64,000 nt of DNA from an uncultured Actinomycetota bacterium. GTDB lineage: Bacteria > Actinomycetota > Actinomycetes > JAFAQI01. The notes under the pieces are model-generated. The model saw nothing but the letters and a program-made list of their open reading frames with translations, ran no database searches and was not told the origin of the DNA. Below, one piece after another: positions 48,406 to 61,172 of the stretch. The first letter of the stretch is position 1; each line of letters begins with the position of its first letter. The position numbers and the translations under genes were made by a program. The DNA lies in NCBI GenBank assembly GCA_963770565.1, contig CAVYQE010000002.1:640001-704000 (forward strand), given 5' to 3'.

Positions 48406-48579
48406 CAGGCTTTCTCCGACCGTGGGGACGAGGCGGGAGCATGCGGCTTTGTCACACGCTCTCCTGTTTGTACGGCACCCCAGCCACACCACTTAACCGG
48501 ATGGACCAAGGTCATCTCCAGAACTATTAGGTCTGCAAAACAGTTTGATTGTACGAAGCAATTGTTGTACCGTGTTCGG

Positions 48580-51566
<2,987 letters not shown>

Positions 51567-51586
51567 ACCCAGGACCGTAACAAGGA

Positions 51587-51671
51587 CCAAGCAATGTCAC
51601 ATTGCCCCCCACTCCGTGGGGGCAATGTGACACCACCCCAGGAAAGACCGGGGCAATGTGACATTGCTTGG
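51587..51671. repeat. Modular palindromic repeat, family A copy 5 (85 bp)
   Basis: Cores centred at 51598, 51629, 51660. Confidence 0.9.
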
Positions 51672-51676
51672 CAGGG

Positions 51677-53338
51677 TCAGACGGCGGGGTCGAGAGCGGC
51701 TCGGACCCTGGCTCGCGCCTCGGACGGCCCGTCGGCCGAGACCGCGGCGGCCGCGAAGCCGACGCAGTCGTCGTAGCTGTGCCGGGCCAGCGTCATCCGC
51801 ACGTCCGCGAGCGCCCGCGGCGTCATCGACAACGCCGCCGCGCCAAGCCCGACCAGCACCAGCGCCAGCAGCGGATCGCTCGGTGCCTCACCACACACCG
51901 TCACCGGTCGGCCCGCCATCGCGCCGGCGCGGAGCACGGTCGCGACCAGGTCGAGGAAGGCCGGCTGCCACGGGTCGAGCAGGTCGGAGAGCTCGCTGTC
52001 GGCCCGATCCGTCGCGAAGGTGTACTGCGCGAGGTCGTTGCTTCCGATCGAGACGAAGTCGACCACCCGCAGCAGATCGCCGGCCCGAAGCGCCGCGGCC
52101 GGCACCTCGACCATCACCCCCGTCGTCGTGACGCCGGCCTCGTGCGCCTGCGCGGCGAACCACGCCGCCTCCGCCGCGGTCGCGACCATCGGCGCCATGA
52201 CCCGCACCTGCGCCGCGGACCCGCGCGCGGCACTCGCGATCGCGGTCAGCTGGTCTGTGAGCAGCTCGGGGTGCCGGCGCGCGACCCGCAGCCCGCGGAC
52301 CCCGAGCGCCGGGTTCGACTGCTCCCCCAACCGCACGTACGACGCCGGCTTGTCGGCCCCGATGTCGAGCGTCCGGACCGTGACCTGCCGTGCCGGGAAG
52401 GCGTCGAACACCTCCCGGTATGCCGCTGACTGCTCGGCCACGCTCGGCGGTTCGATCCGGTCGAGGAAGGCGAACTCGGTGCGGAACACCCCGACCCCTT
52501 CGGCGCCCGCCTCGATCGCGTCAGCGACGTCGAGGCTGCTGCCGACCGCGGCCATCAGCTGCACGGGGCGGCCGTCGCGGGTGCGCCCGGGACCGCGACT
52601 GGTCGCGACCGATCCGGCCGGGGCCGACTCGGCCCCGCGGTTCGCCGCGCCGAGGGCGGCCTGGTCCGGGTCGGCAGTCACCTGGCCCGCGGAACCGTCC
52701 ACGAGCACCCGCTGCCCACTGCGCAGCGAGGCCACCCCCGGACAGCCGACCACCGCCGGGATGCCCAGCGACTTGGCCAGCACGGCGGTGTGGCTGGTCG
52801 GCCCGCCGCGCTCGGTGACGATCGCGAGCACCTGCTGCGGGTCGAGGCCGGCGGTCACCGCCGGCGACAGGTCGCGCGCCACCAGCACGTACGGCGAACC
52901 GGTGTCCGGGATGCCGGGCGGCGGCTCACCCAACAAGCGGGCGACGACGCGGTCGCGGATGTCGTCGAGCTCCACCCGGTCCGGCACCGCGCGCATCGGG
53001 TCCGCCGCGCGCATGTCCCGGTAGGCGCTGAAGCCCTCCCAAGCGGCTCGGGGCGCCGCCCGGCCGGAGCTGACGAGCTGGGTCACCAGGGACGCGAGCG
53101 AGGGGTCGCGCGAGATCCTGGCCTGCCGGACGAGGACCGCGCCGGAGGCGCCGGCCCGCTGCGCGAGCGCCTCGAGCTCACCGCCGACCGCGTCGAGCGC
53201 GTCAGCGGCCCGGTCGGCCTCCACGTCGATGTCGATCGGCGCCCCGTCCCGCGGCGGGAGCACCGGGCCGTGCACGCGCGCGACCGGTCCGGCCGCGACG
53301 CCCGCGCTGACGCCGATGCCGGAGTAGGTGGACGGCAA
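51677..53338 (-). CDS. ptsI: PEP-protein phosphotransferase (PTS enzyme I)
   Basis: GGPTSHTAV phospho-His site, GVFRTEF, RTLDIGADK, SIGSNDL and VCGE. Confidence 0.88.
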   Translation of the reverse strand: MPSTYSGIGVSAGVAAGPVARVHGPVLPPRDGAPIDIDVEADRAADALDAVGGELEALAQRAGASGAVLVRQARISRDPSLASLVTQLVSSGRAAPRAAWEGFSAYRDMRAADPMRAVPDRVELDDIRDRVVARLLGEPPPGIPDTGSPYVLVARDLSPAVTAGLDPQQVLAIVTERGGPTSHTAVLAKSLGIPAVVGCPGVASLRSGQRVLVDGSAGQVTADPDQAALGAANRGAESAPAGSVATSRGPGRTRDGRPVQLMAAVGSSLDVADAIEAGAEGVGVFRTEFAFLDRIEPPSVAEQSAAYREVFDAFPARQVTVRTLDIGADKPASYVRLGEQSNPALGVRGLRVARRHPELLTDQLTAIASAARGSAAQVRVMAPMVATAAEAAWFAAQAHEAGVTTTGVMVEVPAAALRAGDLLRVVDFVSIGSNDLAQYTFATDRADSELSDLLDPWQPAFLDLVATVLRAGAMAGRPVTVCGEAPSDPLLALVLVGLGAAALSMTPRALADVRMTLARHSYDDCVGFAAAAVSADGPSEARARVRAALDPAV

Positions 53339-53341
53339 GGG

Positions 53342-54208
53342 TCAGCCCGGCGCAGCGGGTGGCGGAGGCGCCGGACCCACCTTCAACAACCGACGCGACC
53401 ACCAGCCGATGTGACTGAACAGGCGGGCGAGGATCACACCGACACCCACGACGGCGAACCCAGCGACGACGTCCAGCAGGTAGTGGTTCGCGGTGGCGAT
53501 CACATCGACCGAGAGCACGAACGGGTATGCCACGCCGAGATAGCGGGTGATCCGGTGCTTGCCGAACCGCAGGAGCTGCCAGCCCGACCAGACCGCCCAG
53601 CCGACGTGCAGCGAGGGCATCGCGGCGTACTGATTGGTGTCCTTGCCGAAGCCGCGCGGCGCGCTCGCCGCCTTCCCCCACCAGCCGTAATGGGAGTAGC
53701 GCGCCATCGTGTCGATGAACCCCGGCAGGAGCCGGGGCGGCGCGATCGGCAGCAGGCTGAAGCCGACCAGGCCCACGATCGTCGTGAACATCAGGACGGT
53801 GCGCGCGCTGGTGTAAGCGGGACCGTGCCGCCGCCACAGCCAGATCAGGACCAGCGGCGTCACGAGGTAGTGCAAGGTCGCGTACATGTAGTCCGCCGGC
53901 ACCGCCAGCAGGACATGCGGCGAGACCGCGTGGTTGAGCCAGTGCTCGGGCGCGATCTTGAGCCGTTGCTCGAACCGGAGCAGCTGGGCGCCGTGCGAAA
54001 CCGCACCGACGTGGTCGCCCTCGACGAAATACCGCGTGACGTCGTAGAGCGAATAGACCGCGCCGATCAGCACGATCTCGTGGAAGCCGCGAATCGCCAT
54101 CCAGGCCCTGCGGTGAGCCTGCAGATTGTCGATCCAGCCGCCGAGCCGGCTCCGGGTGTGCTCTGCGGTGGCGGCGCTGGTGACGAAGTCGAGGCGCTGC
54201 TCAGTCAC
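53342..54208 (-). CDS. PAP2 family membrane protein
   Basis: APPR, NQYAAMPSLH, TANHYLLD. Confidence 0.88.
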   Translation of the reverse strand: MTEQRLDFVTSAATAEHTRSRLGGWIDNLQAHRRAWMAIRGFHEIVLIGAVYSLYDVTRYFVEGDHVGAVSHGAQLLRFEQRLKIAPEHWLNHAVSPHVLLAVPADYMYATLHYLVTPLVLIWLWRRHGPAYTSARTVLMFTTIVGLVGFSLLPIAPPRLLPGFIDTMARYSHYGWWGKAASAPRGFGKDTNQYAAMPSLHVGWAVWSGWQLLRFGKHRITRYLGVAYPFVLSVDVIATANHYLLDVVAGFAVVGVGVILARLFSHIGWWSRRLLKVGPAPPPPAAPG

Positions 54209-54372
54209 AGAGCTCTCCCCTCGCCGCTTGCCACGCCGCCGTATGAGCCAGTTTGTCACGCTGAACGGAGTCTTCCCCAGGTAGCGTCAGCCGACCCCTG
54301 TGCTATTCCACGCGACCCTAGACCGCGCTCCGGGGAGGCTGTCCAGCGGAAATTCTGGATCGGTTGCCGACT

Positions 54373-54686
54373 TCAGCCGGTCTTGGCGGATTTGGCGGAC
54401 GAGGCCGGGCTCGTACCGACGGAGTTGGTCGCGGTTACCGACAGGTAATAAGTCGAATGGCGCTTCAGGCCGGCCACCGTCACCGTCAGCTTGGACGGTT
54501 TGACGTGCTGCGTCTTCACCTTCTCCAGCGTGCACTTCTTGTGGTGAGGCTTGCAGCGGGACACCGTCAGCAGATAGCTCGTGATCGTCGCGTCGCCGGC
54601 GCCGACCCCGAGACCGGACCGAGGCACGACAGCCCGGCGATCGCAAGGATCGCGATCACGCTGCTGCCGGGCCAAGGCCGGCGCAT
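54373..54686 (-). pseudogene. Relic of a secreted FN3-domain protein (internal deletion or frameshift)
   Basis: ATG 54686 gives signal peptide MRRPWPGSSVIAILAIAGLSCLGPVSGSA; partial FN3 (ITSY...TVAGLKRHSTYYLSVTATNSVGTS) lies in a different frame. Confidence 0.55.
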
Positions 54687-54689
54687 CGG

Positions 54690-56126
54690 CTAGCTCTTGA
54701 CCTTGAGCGAGTGCCCCGATGAGTAGCCGAACATCACGTAGCCGGCGTGGTCGTCGGCCATCGCGCGGTATTTGAACGTGCCGACCGCGCTTCCCTTGAT
54801 CGTGAAGGAGAACGCGCCGCTGGATGACTCCTTGGTCGAGGCGACGTTGTACCAGCGGCCCTTCCGCTCGACCTGCAGCCAGACCTTGCGGCCCTTCGCG
54901 GCCTTGCTGACCTTGCCCTTGCCGGTGACCTTGTGGCCCTTCTTGATGCTCGACTTCGACAACGAGAACGACACGCTCTGGGGGGCAAGCACCGGGTATC
55001 CACGGGCGTCGGTCGAGCCGCCCGCCCCGACGCCGAATACGAGCCCACTGCCGTTCGCGTCGAGACCGGCGTTGAAGGTCGTGTCCTTGATCGCGTTGCC
55101 CAGGTCGGTCGGGTGGGTCCAGTGCGTGCCCTTCGTCGTGGAGACCTCGAGCAGGTGGTAGATCGGAGCGACAAACTCGGATTCGAAGAACAGGTGGGTG
55201 ACGCCCGAGGAGTCACGATCGATCGTCGCCCACAGGCCGAGCGTGCTGCCTTTGTAGCCCGGCACGGTGTGCGCCGAGCCGAAGCTCGAGCCGTTGAAGA
55301 AGCGAAGCAGGATGTGGTTCTTCCCCTTGGTCTGGATGGTCAAGAGCGCTTTGCCGGACATCCCGAGCAGCTCCTCGTGCGGGAAACTCGCGACCGACGA
55401 GTACGACGACGGCGAGTTGAAGTCCATGCCCGACGGTGCGTACTGGACCTTCGTCGTGTCGTCCGAACCGAGGATGTCGTCTGCGACGAGCAACCCGCTC
55501 TGGTAGGTGCCGAGCGCCTCGGTTGTCGGCTCGGTTGCCTCGACCGTCGCCGGGCCGGCCGACGGGGAGCTCGCGTTGTCGGGGATGCTCTCGATCTCGG
55601 TCCCGAACGTCGGCGAGGCGCCGACGAAGACGATGTTGCCTCCGATTCGGACCGCGGCATTGACATCGATCGCGCTGACCTTCACACCCGGTCCGAACGC
55701 ATGTCCGCCATCGGTCGAGGTGTACAGGACATCGCCGTTCGGGTCGGCGTCGCAGCAGGCAGCCTGAAGGACGACGACGGTGTCCGAGGACAACGCGAAG
55801 ACCTGCGTGACGTCGAAGATGTCATTCGTGCCGACTGGAGCGAGCTTCACATCGCTCGTGCAGGAGTGGCCACCTCGGGCGAGCACGCACACCCTCGCCG
55901 CGCCCTGGTGATTCTTGGTCGCGACGCCGTAGGCCACGACAAGGTCGCCGTTAGCGAGGATGGCGACGTTGCCGGCCGTCTCCGACGAGCCGATCTTGAA
56001 CGGCTTCAGCTCAGGCTGCGGCTCGCCCTTGATCCCCTTGGCGTGGGCCGAGGCCGCGCCGGACATCAGCGGTACGACGCAGAGCACGCCGGCGGCGAGA
56101 GCGATGAGGGGTCGTCGTGTGCGCAT
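54690..56126 (-). CDS. Secreted hypothetical protein with BNR-like (STDGG) motif and C-terminal Ig-like domain
   Basis: AAAGGGAG RBS before ATG 56126; signal peptide; YTSTDGGHAF. Confidence 0.8.
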   Translation of the reverse strand: MRTRRPLIALAAGVLCVVPLMSGAASAHAKGIKGEPQPELKPFKIGSSETAGNVAILANGDLVVAYGVATKNHQGAARVCVLARGGHSCTSDVKLAPVGTNDIFDVTQVFALSSDTVVVLQAACCDADPNGDVLYTSTDGGHAFGPGVKVSAIDVNAAVRIGGNIVFVGASPTFGTEIESIPDNASSPSAGPATVEATEPTTEALGTYQSGLLVADDILGSDDTTKVQYAPSGMDFNSPSSYSSVASFPHEELLGMSGKALLTIQTKGKNHILLRFFNGSSFGSAHTVPGYKGSTLGLWATIDRDSSGVTHLFFESEFVAPIYHLLEVSTTKGTHWTHPTDLGNAIKDTTFNAGLDANGSGLVFGVGAGGSTDARGYPVLAPQSVSFSLSKSSIKKGHKVTGKGKVSKAAKGRKVWLQVERKGRWYNVASTKESSSGAFSFTIKGSAVGTFKYRAMADDHAGYVMFGYSSGHSLKVKS

Positions 56127-56473
56127 CTTGGGACTCCCTTTGTGTGCGGCCGTGAGGCCGGCCGCCGATCTGCGGTGCCGGCCGGCTTCCCACCGCTTGA
56201 CGGTGGCGAAGGAGCCCAGCACCTGGTGGGCGAGCTGTGCCTGGCCGACCCCAAGGCGATCACGGAACGCCCGAAGCCGGTTGGCCTGCTCGCTGTGGAG
56301 CGGTTCAACGGCATGCAGCCGCCGCGGCACCGTGGCTCCTGTCTCGACCCGCGGACACATCTGCGCCGAGCCGCACCCCCGGATTGTTATAGCACCCCGG
56401 ACCGGGGTGGCGCCGCGCAACCGTCGCGCCCGTCGGGCCGTCGGGCCGTCACGTCGGGATTAGCCTCTGGCGC

Positions 56474-57412
56474 ATGACCTTACGGATATTCACCGAGCCT
56501 CAGCAGGGGGCGTCGTACGACCAACTCCTTGCCGTTGCGACGACGGCGGAGGAGTGCGACTTCGGCGCGTTCTTCCGCTCGGACCACGTGCTCAAGATGG
56601 GTTCAGTCACCGGACTACCGGGCGCCACGGACGCATGGATCACCCTCGCCGGCCTGGCCCGCGACACCGCCTCGATCCGGCTCGGAACTCTGGTCACGCC
56701 GGTGACCTTCCGCCAACTCGGGATGTTCGTGGTCGCCGCGGCTCAGGTCGACCAGATGAGCGGCGGCCGGGTCGAGGTCGGCCTCGGCGCCGGTTGGTAC
56801 GACGCGGAACACCGCGCCTTCGGCATACCGTTCCCGCCGATCGGAGCGCGCTACGACCTGCTCGAGGACCAGCTGACGATCCTGCACGGCGCGTGGACCG
56901 CGCCGGCCGGGACCACCTTCGACCACGAGGGCTTCACCTGCGGAGTGTCGATCAACCCCGACACGGTCCGGCCGGCGCAGCGCCCCCATCCGCCGATCGT
57001 GCTCGGCGGCCGCGGCCAGCAGCGCTCGGCCCGGCTCGCGGTCGCCTACGCCGACGAATACAACACTGCGTTCGTTCCGGTGGAGACGATGCGCGAGGTC
57101 CACGACCGGGTTCGTCAGGCTTGCGATGCGTCCGGGCGCGATCCCGACTCGCTCGTGTATTCGGTCGGGCAGGTCTTGTGCTGCGGCGAGGACGAAGCCG
57201 AGATCAAGCGGCGGGCGAAGGCGATCGGCCGCGACGTCGCCGAGCTCCGCGAGAACGGCCTCGCCGGCACACCGGCTGAGGTCCTCGACAAGATCGGCAC
57301 GTTCGCCGATGCCGGCGCCGAGCGCTTCTACCTTCAGGTGCTCGACCTGAGCGACCTCGACCACCTGCGGCTGGTCGCCGAGCAGGTCATGCCACACGCG
57401 CCGGGCCGCTGA
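56474..57412 (+). CDS. LLM-class F420-dependent oxidoreductase
   Basis: LRIFTEPQQGA, FFRSDH, DAWITLAGLAR, DQMSGGR.E.GLGAGW. Confidence 0.92.
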   Translation: MTLRIFTEPQQGASYDQLLAVATTAEECDFGAFFRSDHVLKMGSVTGLPGATDAWITLAGLARDTASIRLGTLVTPVTFRQLGMFVVAAAQVDQMSGGRVEVGLGAGWYDAEHRAFGIPFPPIGARYDLLEDQLTILHGAWTAPAGTTFDHEGFTCGVSINPDTVRPAQRPHPPIVLGGRGQQRSARLAVAYADEYNTAFVPVETMREVHDRVRQACDASGRDPDSLVYSVGQVLCCGEDEAEIKRRAKAIGRDVAELRENGLAGTPAEVLDKIGTFADAGAERFYLQVLDLSDLDHLRLVAEQVMPHAPGR

Positions 57413-57419
57413 GCCTCGC

Positions 57420-58160
57420 TCAGCTGAAGAGTTCGCCGAGCGGGCAGGTCGGCACCGCGATCCAGCCTTCGGTCGCGGCCGCGACCGCCTGCTCCGGATC
57501 CGGCGTCGTGACCCGGCCGAGCGCAGCGGCCCGCGCGATGAACGCGCACAGGACCGCGTCCAGCGCGTCGTCGGAGCGGCTGCATAGCGCTGCCTCCGCT
57601 GCGCCGAGCCGAAGGCCGGGTGCCGCGCCGAGTAAGTCTCGGATCAGCTCGTCGCGGGTGGCCGCGCTGCCGGCCCCTTTGTAGCGCGGCCGGTAGAGCC
57701 CCCATTGTCGCAACGCAGCGGCCGGGTAGGACTCGACCACCAGGCCGGAGCCTGCTCGGTCGACCGGGCAGCCGGCGTCGGCGAGCGCTGAGAGGAGGCC
57801 GGCGGCGCGCATCGCGGCGTGACCGATCAGGTCGGCCGAGACGCTGAGTGGTCTGATCCCGAACTGAGCGATCACGGCGAGGTCGGTCGTGCGGTAGGCG
57901 AGCCGGCGACGAGCGGCCAAGTCGGTCGGCGGGATCGGCTGGCCGGCGCGATGGGCGTTCAGGAACTCGACGAACGGCTCCGGCCAGCCGAGTGGGCAGT
58001 CGATCCCTACCTTCTCGGCGTCGCCGAGTGCCGCGACGATTTGCTCGTCGGTCTGCCCGACCACGAGCCGCTCGACCTCAGCCGAGCCGTCGCGCCAGGT
58101 GATCGCGGCAAGCGCCGTACGACGCGGCTCGGCCGCGAGGTCAACGCCGACCGTTCGCAC
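57420..58160 (-). CDS. DUF429 family protein (RNase H-like predicted nuclease)
   Basis: GVDLA, GIDCPLGWP, ESYPAA, DDALDA and EGWI. Confidence 0.85.
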   Translation of the reverse strand: MRTVGVDLAAEPRRTALAAITWRDGSAEVERLVVGQTDEQIVAALGDAEKVGIDCPLGWPEPFVEFLNAHRAGQPIPPTDLAARRRLAYRTTDLAVIAQFGIRPLSVSADLIGHAAMRAAGLLSALADAGCPVDRAGSGLVVESYPAAALRQWGLYRPRYKGAGSAATRDELIRDLLGAAPGLRLGAAEAALCSRSDDALDAVLCAFIARAAALGRVTTPDPEQAVAAATEGWIAVPTCPLGELFS

Positions 58161-58230
58161 CGCGCCATCGTCGCAGCGCCCGGGCGCTTACGGGTTCGGG
58201 CCGGACCGGAACGTCAGGCTCAAGCGTCAC

Positions 58231-59505
58231 TCAGCAGGCGAAGGTCTTCGTGGCCTGGCCGGCGAGGTGGGTCGGGTCGCCCGGATAGCGCGCGACGATC
58301 CGGCACTTGCCGGCCGACTGGCGCCTGAAGGTGGCCGACAGCTTGCTGCTGTGGCTCAGGACCTTGTGCAGCGCGGAGACCTTGCGGAACTTGCCACCCC
58401 GCTTACGCAGCAGCGTCACCACCGCGTGCCGGCCGGCCCGGCTCGGCTTGACGGTCGCCGAGACGGTCAGACTGGCCGCGGTCTTCGTCACGTTCGCGGA
58501 CACAGCGGTGCCCAGGACCTTGTGCGTGATCGGTGGGCTCAGTCCGCCACTGCCGTCGACGACCTGCAAGGTCACGGTGTAGGTCCGCACCCGCGACGGC
58601 GATGCGGGATAGACGTGCTTCACCTTCGGGGTCATCGTGGTTGCGGTCTTGCCATCGCCGAACGTCCACTTCCACTTCGCGATCTGCCCGCCCGGACTTG
58701 CCGCCGACGACCCCGATCCGTTGAAGCTCGCGGTCGATCCGGACAGCGACTGGCTGAACTTCGCCGTCGGTGGGAACAACGCGAGGTTGAGCGACACCGT
58801 GGCCGACTCGGAAACCGCCTTGGGCTCACCGGGCAGGACGTCGTCGACCTCGGTCGAGTATTCGACCGCGAGCTCGATCTCGTCGTCGGCGGGCAGAGTG
58901 AACGACTCCGCCCAGCCCTGCGAATGCGGCTTGGTCGGCGTGCACTCACCACTGAACACGTGGAAGTGCCGGTGGATGGTCGAGCCGATGAGGTCGACCG
59001 TCACCGATGCGCACGAGTCGTTGGGGTCGGTGTTGGTCGCCTGGATGAAACCACTGAAAAACACCGGCACGGGCACCGTGGTCGTGAGGTCGACGCTGAA
59101 CGAGCCGTCGGAGTCTGCGTCCGGCACCGCCGGGCCGTTCCCGGTCGCGGTCGCGTGCGAGGTCGACGTACCGTCCATCGCGATGTCGTTGATCGGGCTG
59201 ATCGGGAACGGCGGCTGACCAGAGGTCTCGAGGCTGGACGCCTGGCTGATGAACGCCTGCGCCGTCCCCTCTTGCGCCGAGGAGGCCTTAGGCGCACGGT
59301 GCGTCCCGAAGGTCAGGAAGTTGTCACCGGATACGTCGTCCTGCGCCTGATGGTTGTCGTCGGCGAACTGGAAGTAGTCGAGATCGGCTGAGTCACTCTC
59401 GACCTGCACCGGCGGGTCCGGCGCCGCCATCGCCGGGATGGCCGAGAGCGCGGGCAGGCACAACCCCGCCGCAAGCAGAATCGCGATCCTTCGACGTCCG
59501 CGCAT
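58231..59505 (-). CDS. Secreted PKD-domain protein
   Basis: Signal peptide; FNGSGS...WKWTFGDG...HVY...YTVTLQVVD. Confidence 0.82.
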   Translation of the reverse strand: MRGRRRIAILLAAGLCLPALSAIPAMAAPDPPVQVESDSADLDYFQFADDNHQAQDDVSGDNFLTFGTHRAPKASSAQEGTAQAFISQASSLETSGQPPFPISPINDIAMDGTSTSHATATGNGPAVPDADSDGSFSVDLTTTVPVPVFFSGFIQATNTDPNDSCASVTVDLIGSTIHRHFHVFSGECTPTKPHSQGWAESFTLPADDEIELAVEYSTEVDDVLPGEPKAVSESATVSLNLALFPPTAKFSQSLSGSTASFNGSGSSAASPGGQIAKWKWTFGDGKTATTMTPKVKHVYPASPSRVRTYTVTLQVVDGSGGLSPPITHKVLGTAVSANVTKTAASLTVSATVKPSRAGRHAVVTLLRKRGGKFRKVSALHKVLSHSSKLSATFRRQSAGKCRIVARYPGDPTHLAGQATKTFAC

Positions 59506-59604
59506 ACCGGCCCCTCACCTAGGACCGAGCCCCCCGGCTCGCTGCGGGCAGGATAACCGCGCGGGGACCAAGACGCACTACGTTCACTCAGATCACCCGG
59601 TGCC

Positions 59605-59671
59605 CGAGTTGATCATGGCGATCCGAGCGGTCTGGCTAACGAAACGCGCGCTTTTCGCCATGATCAACTCG
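59605..59671. repeat. Inverted-repeat element, family B copy 1
   Basis: 17-bp perfect IR CGAGTTGATCATGGCGA/TCGCCATGATCAACTCG. Confidence 0.85.
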
Positions 59672-59678
59672 TCGTGGG

Positions 59679-60050
59679 CTAGCGGCCTTCGAGCCAGCCG
59701 CCGAACGACATCACCGACCAGCCTCCGACCGGTGTCTGCGGCGTCAGCGGCTCGGGCGGGGTCATCGGCGTCTCAGGCGTCATCGGGGTGATCGGCCGGA
59801 CCGGCGGCGTCGGGGTCACCGGGATCGCGGTGCCTTCCGGCTTCTGATCCGACCCCCACGCGACCACGCAGCCCTGCCGGTCCAGACAGGTGGTTCCGTC
59901 GACCGGGCCGCACCAGCGATCGCCTTCGACCGACCAGGCGTTGCCGTCCACGACGTAGGCCACCCAGTGCATCGTCGGATCCCAGATGTCGGCCGTGGTC
60001 GGGTCGTACCAACCCACGAGATTCGCGCCAGCGTCGTACAACGCCCTCAT
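59679..60050 (-). CDS. Small beta-repeat ('4-fold beta flower'-like) protein with Pro-rich tail
   Basis: Repeated (Y/W)Dxxg..vgw units, then PxxP repeats and GGWS..SFGGWL. Confidence 0.6.
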   Translation of the reverse strand: MRALYDAGANLVGWYDPTTADIWDPTMHWVAYVVDGNAWSVEGDRWCGPVDGTTCLDRQGCVVAWGSDQKPEGTAIPVTPTPPVRPITPMTPETPMTPPEPLTPQTPVGGWSVMSFGGWLEGR

Positions 60051-60072
60051 GGCCTGCACCCTAGACGACGCG

Positions 60073-61167
60073 TTACCCGGCGCTTCCGGACTTGAGGTAC
60101 GGCGTTAAGTCGAGTCCGCCGGCGGCGAGGATGTGACCGTTCGCGACGTCTTGGCACCCCCGGGCGCGATACCAGAGATCGACGTCCGGCCCGGCGGGGT
60201 AGTGGAAGGCCACGATATCGATCGAGCCGTCGTCCATCGGGCAATAGAACACGGCGCCATCGATGTGCCCGAGCCGGATCTGCAATGCCTGCCGCGACAG
60301 TCGCGCCGCGCTGCCGGTCGACAGGACGATGCGTCGGGCCAGGCTCAACCGCGCCTTCGCGTTGAGTCCGCCGTACTCGCAGATCACAGCCGAGCTCGGG
60401 CGGGCCGACGGGAGCAGCGCCTGGTCGAGCCCTGGGCCCGGGTTGGTGACCCCGACGTCGCCCTGGTCGCTGCGCGGGCATCCGCCGGACACTGTGACCC
60501 GCAGTCTCGGGCCGGTCGCGATGTCGCGCACTGGTCGCGGGTCGATCCAGTTGCCCTCGCCATCAGCTCGGATGATCGTTCCGCCTCGGACCGTCGCGAG
60601 ACCGACGTCGAGCTGCAACTCCTGGGCGTATGAGCGGTCGGGCTCGTTCCAAGCCATTCCCTCAGTGGTGATGCCGCCGGTCACCGTTCCGCCACTCGAC
60701 GTACCGCTCTGTTCGAGACCGGCCGGCGGGTGCGCCTTGAGATAGGCGAATACGGTCGCCATCGGCATCGTCGTCCGCCAGAAGCGATGCCGGTCGACCA
60801 ACGACGACCCCTGTGGGATGCCCACCGCGGGTCCCGCCAACTGCCGTTGCGGGCCCTTGATCGGCGTGATGCCGGACGGCAACCGCGCGAGGCGGAGCAA
60901 CCGGGCCGCCTCCTTGCGGGTCGCCGCCCGGTTCTGCGCGGCGGTCGCCGTCGAGATCGGTTGAGTCGAGGCCTCGGCGCTGGCGGAGGGGCCGGTCGAC
61001 GATCCGGGCGGCACACCCTCAGCGCCCGACGACCCGGCCGTGCACCCCACGCAGGCCAAGACGGTCGCCGCAGCGGCCACGCCGAGACTCAGCCTCACAG
61101 CACTTGGACGCGGCGGAGCATCACTCGGTTCCCACTGGCGGGCCTTTCTCAGTATCGGCCGGTGCAC
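60073..61167 (-). CDS. Secreted/lipoprotein hypothetical protein
   Basis: Hydrophobic signal with LACVGC; several Cys; true start probably downstream of the ORF start. Confidence 0.65.
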   Translation of the reverse strand: MHRPILRKARQWEPSDAPPRPSAVRLSLGVAAAATVLACVGCTAGSSGAEGVPPGSSTGPSASAEASTQPISTATAAQNRAATRKEAARLLRLARLPSGITPIKGPQRQLAGPAVGIPQGSSLVDRHRFWRTTMPMATVFAYLKAHPPAGLEQSGTSSGGTVTGGITTEGMAWNEPDRSYAQELQLDVGLATVRGGTIIRADGEGNWIDPRPVRDIATGPRLRVTVSGGCPRSDQGDVGVTNPGPGLDQALLPSARPSSAVICEYGGLNAKARLSLARRIVLSTGSAARLSRQALQIRLGHIDGAVFYCPMDDGSIDIVAFHYPAGPDVDLWYRARGCQDVANGHILAAGGLDLTPYLKSGSAG

Positions 61168-61172
61168 GAGTC

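Noticed and set aside
48406-48579. c-di-AMP riboswitch upstream of the GH25 gene
   Set aside because: No ydaO consensus elements seen; the region looks like a divergent promoter or MarR site
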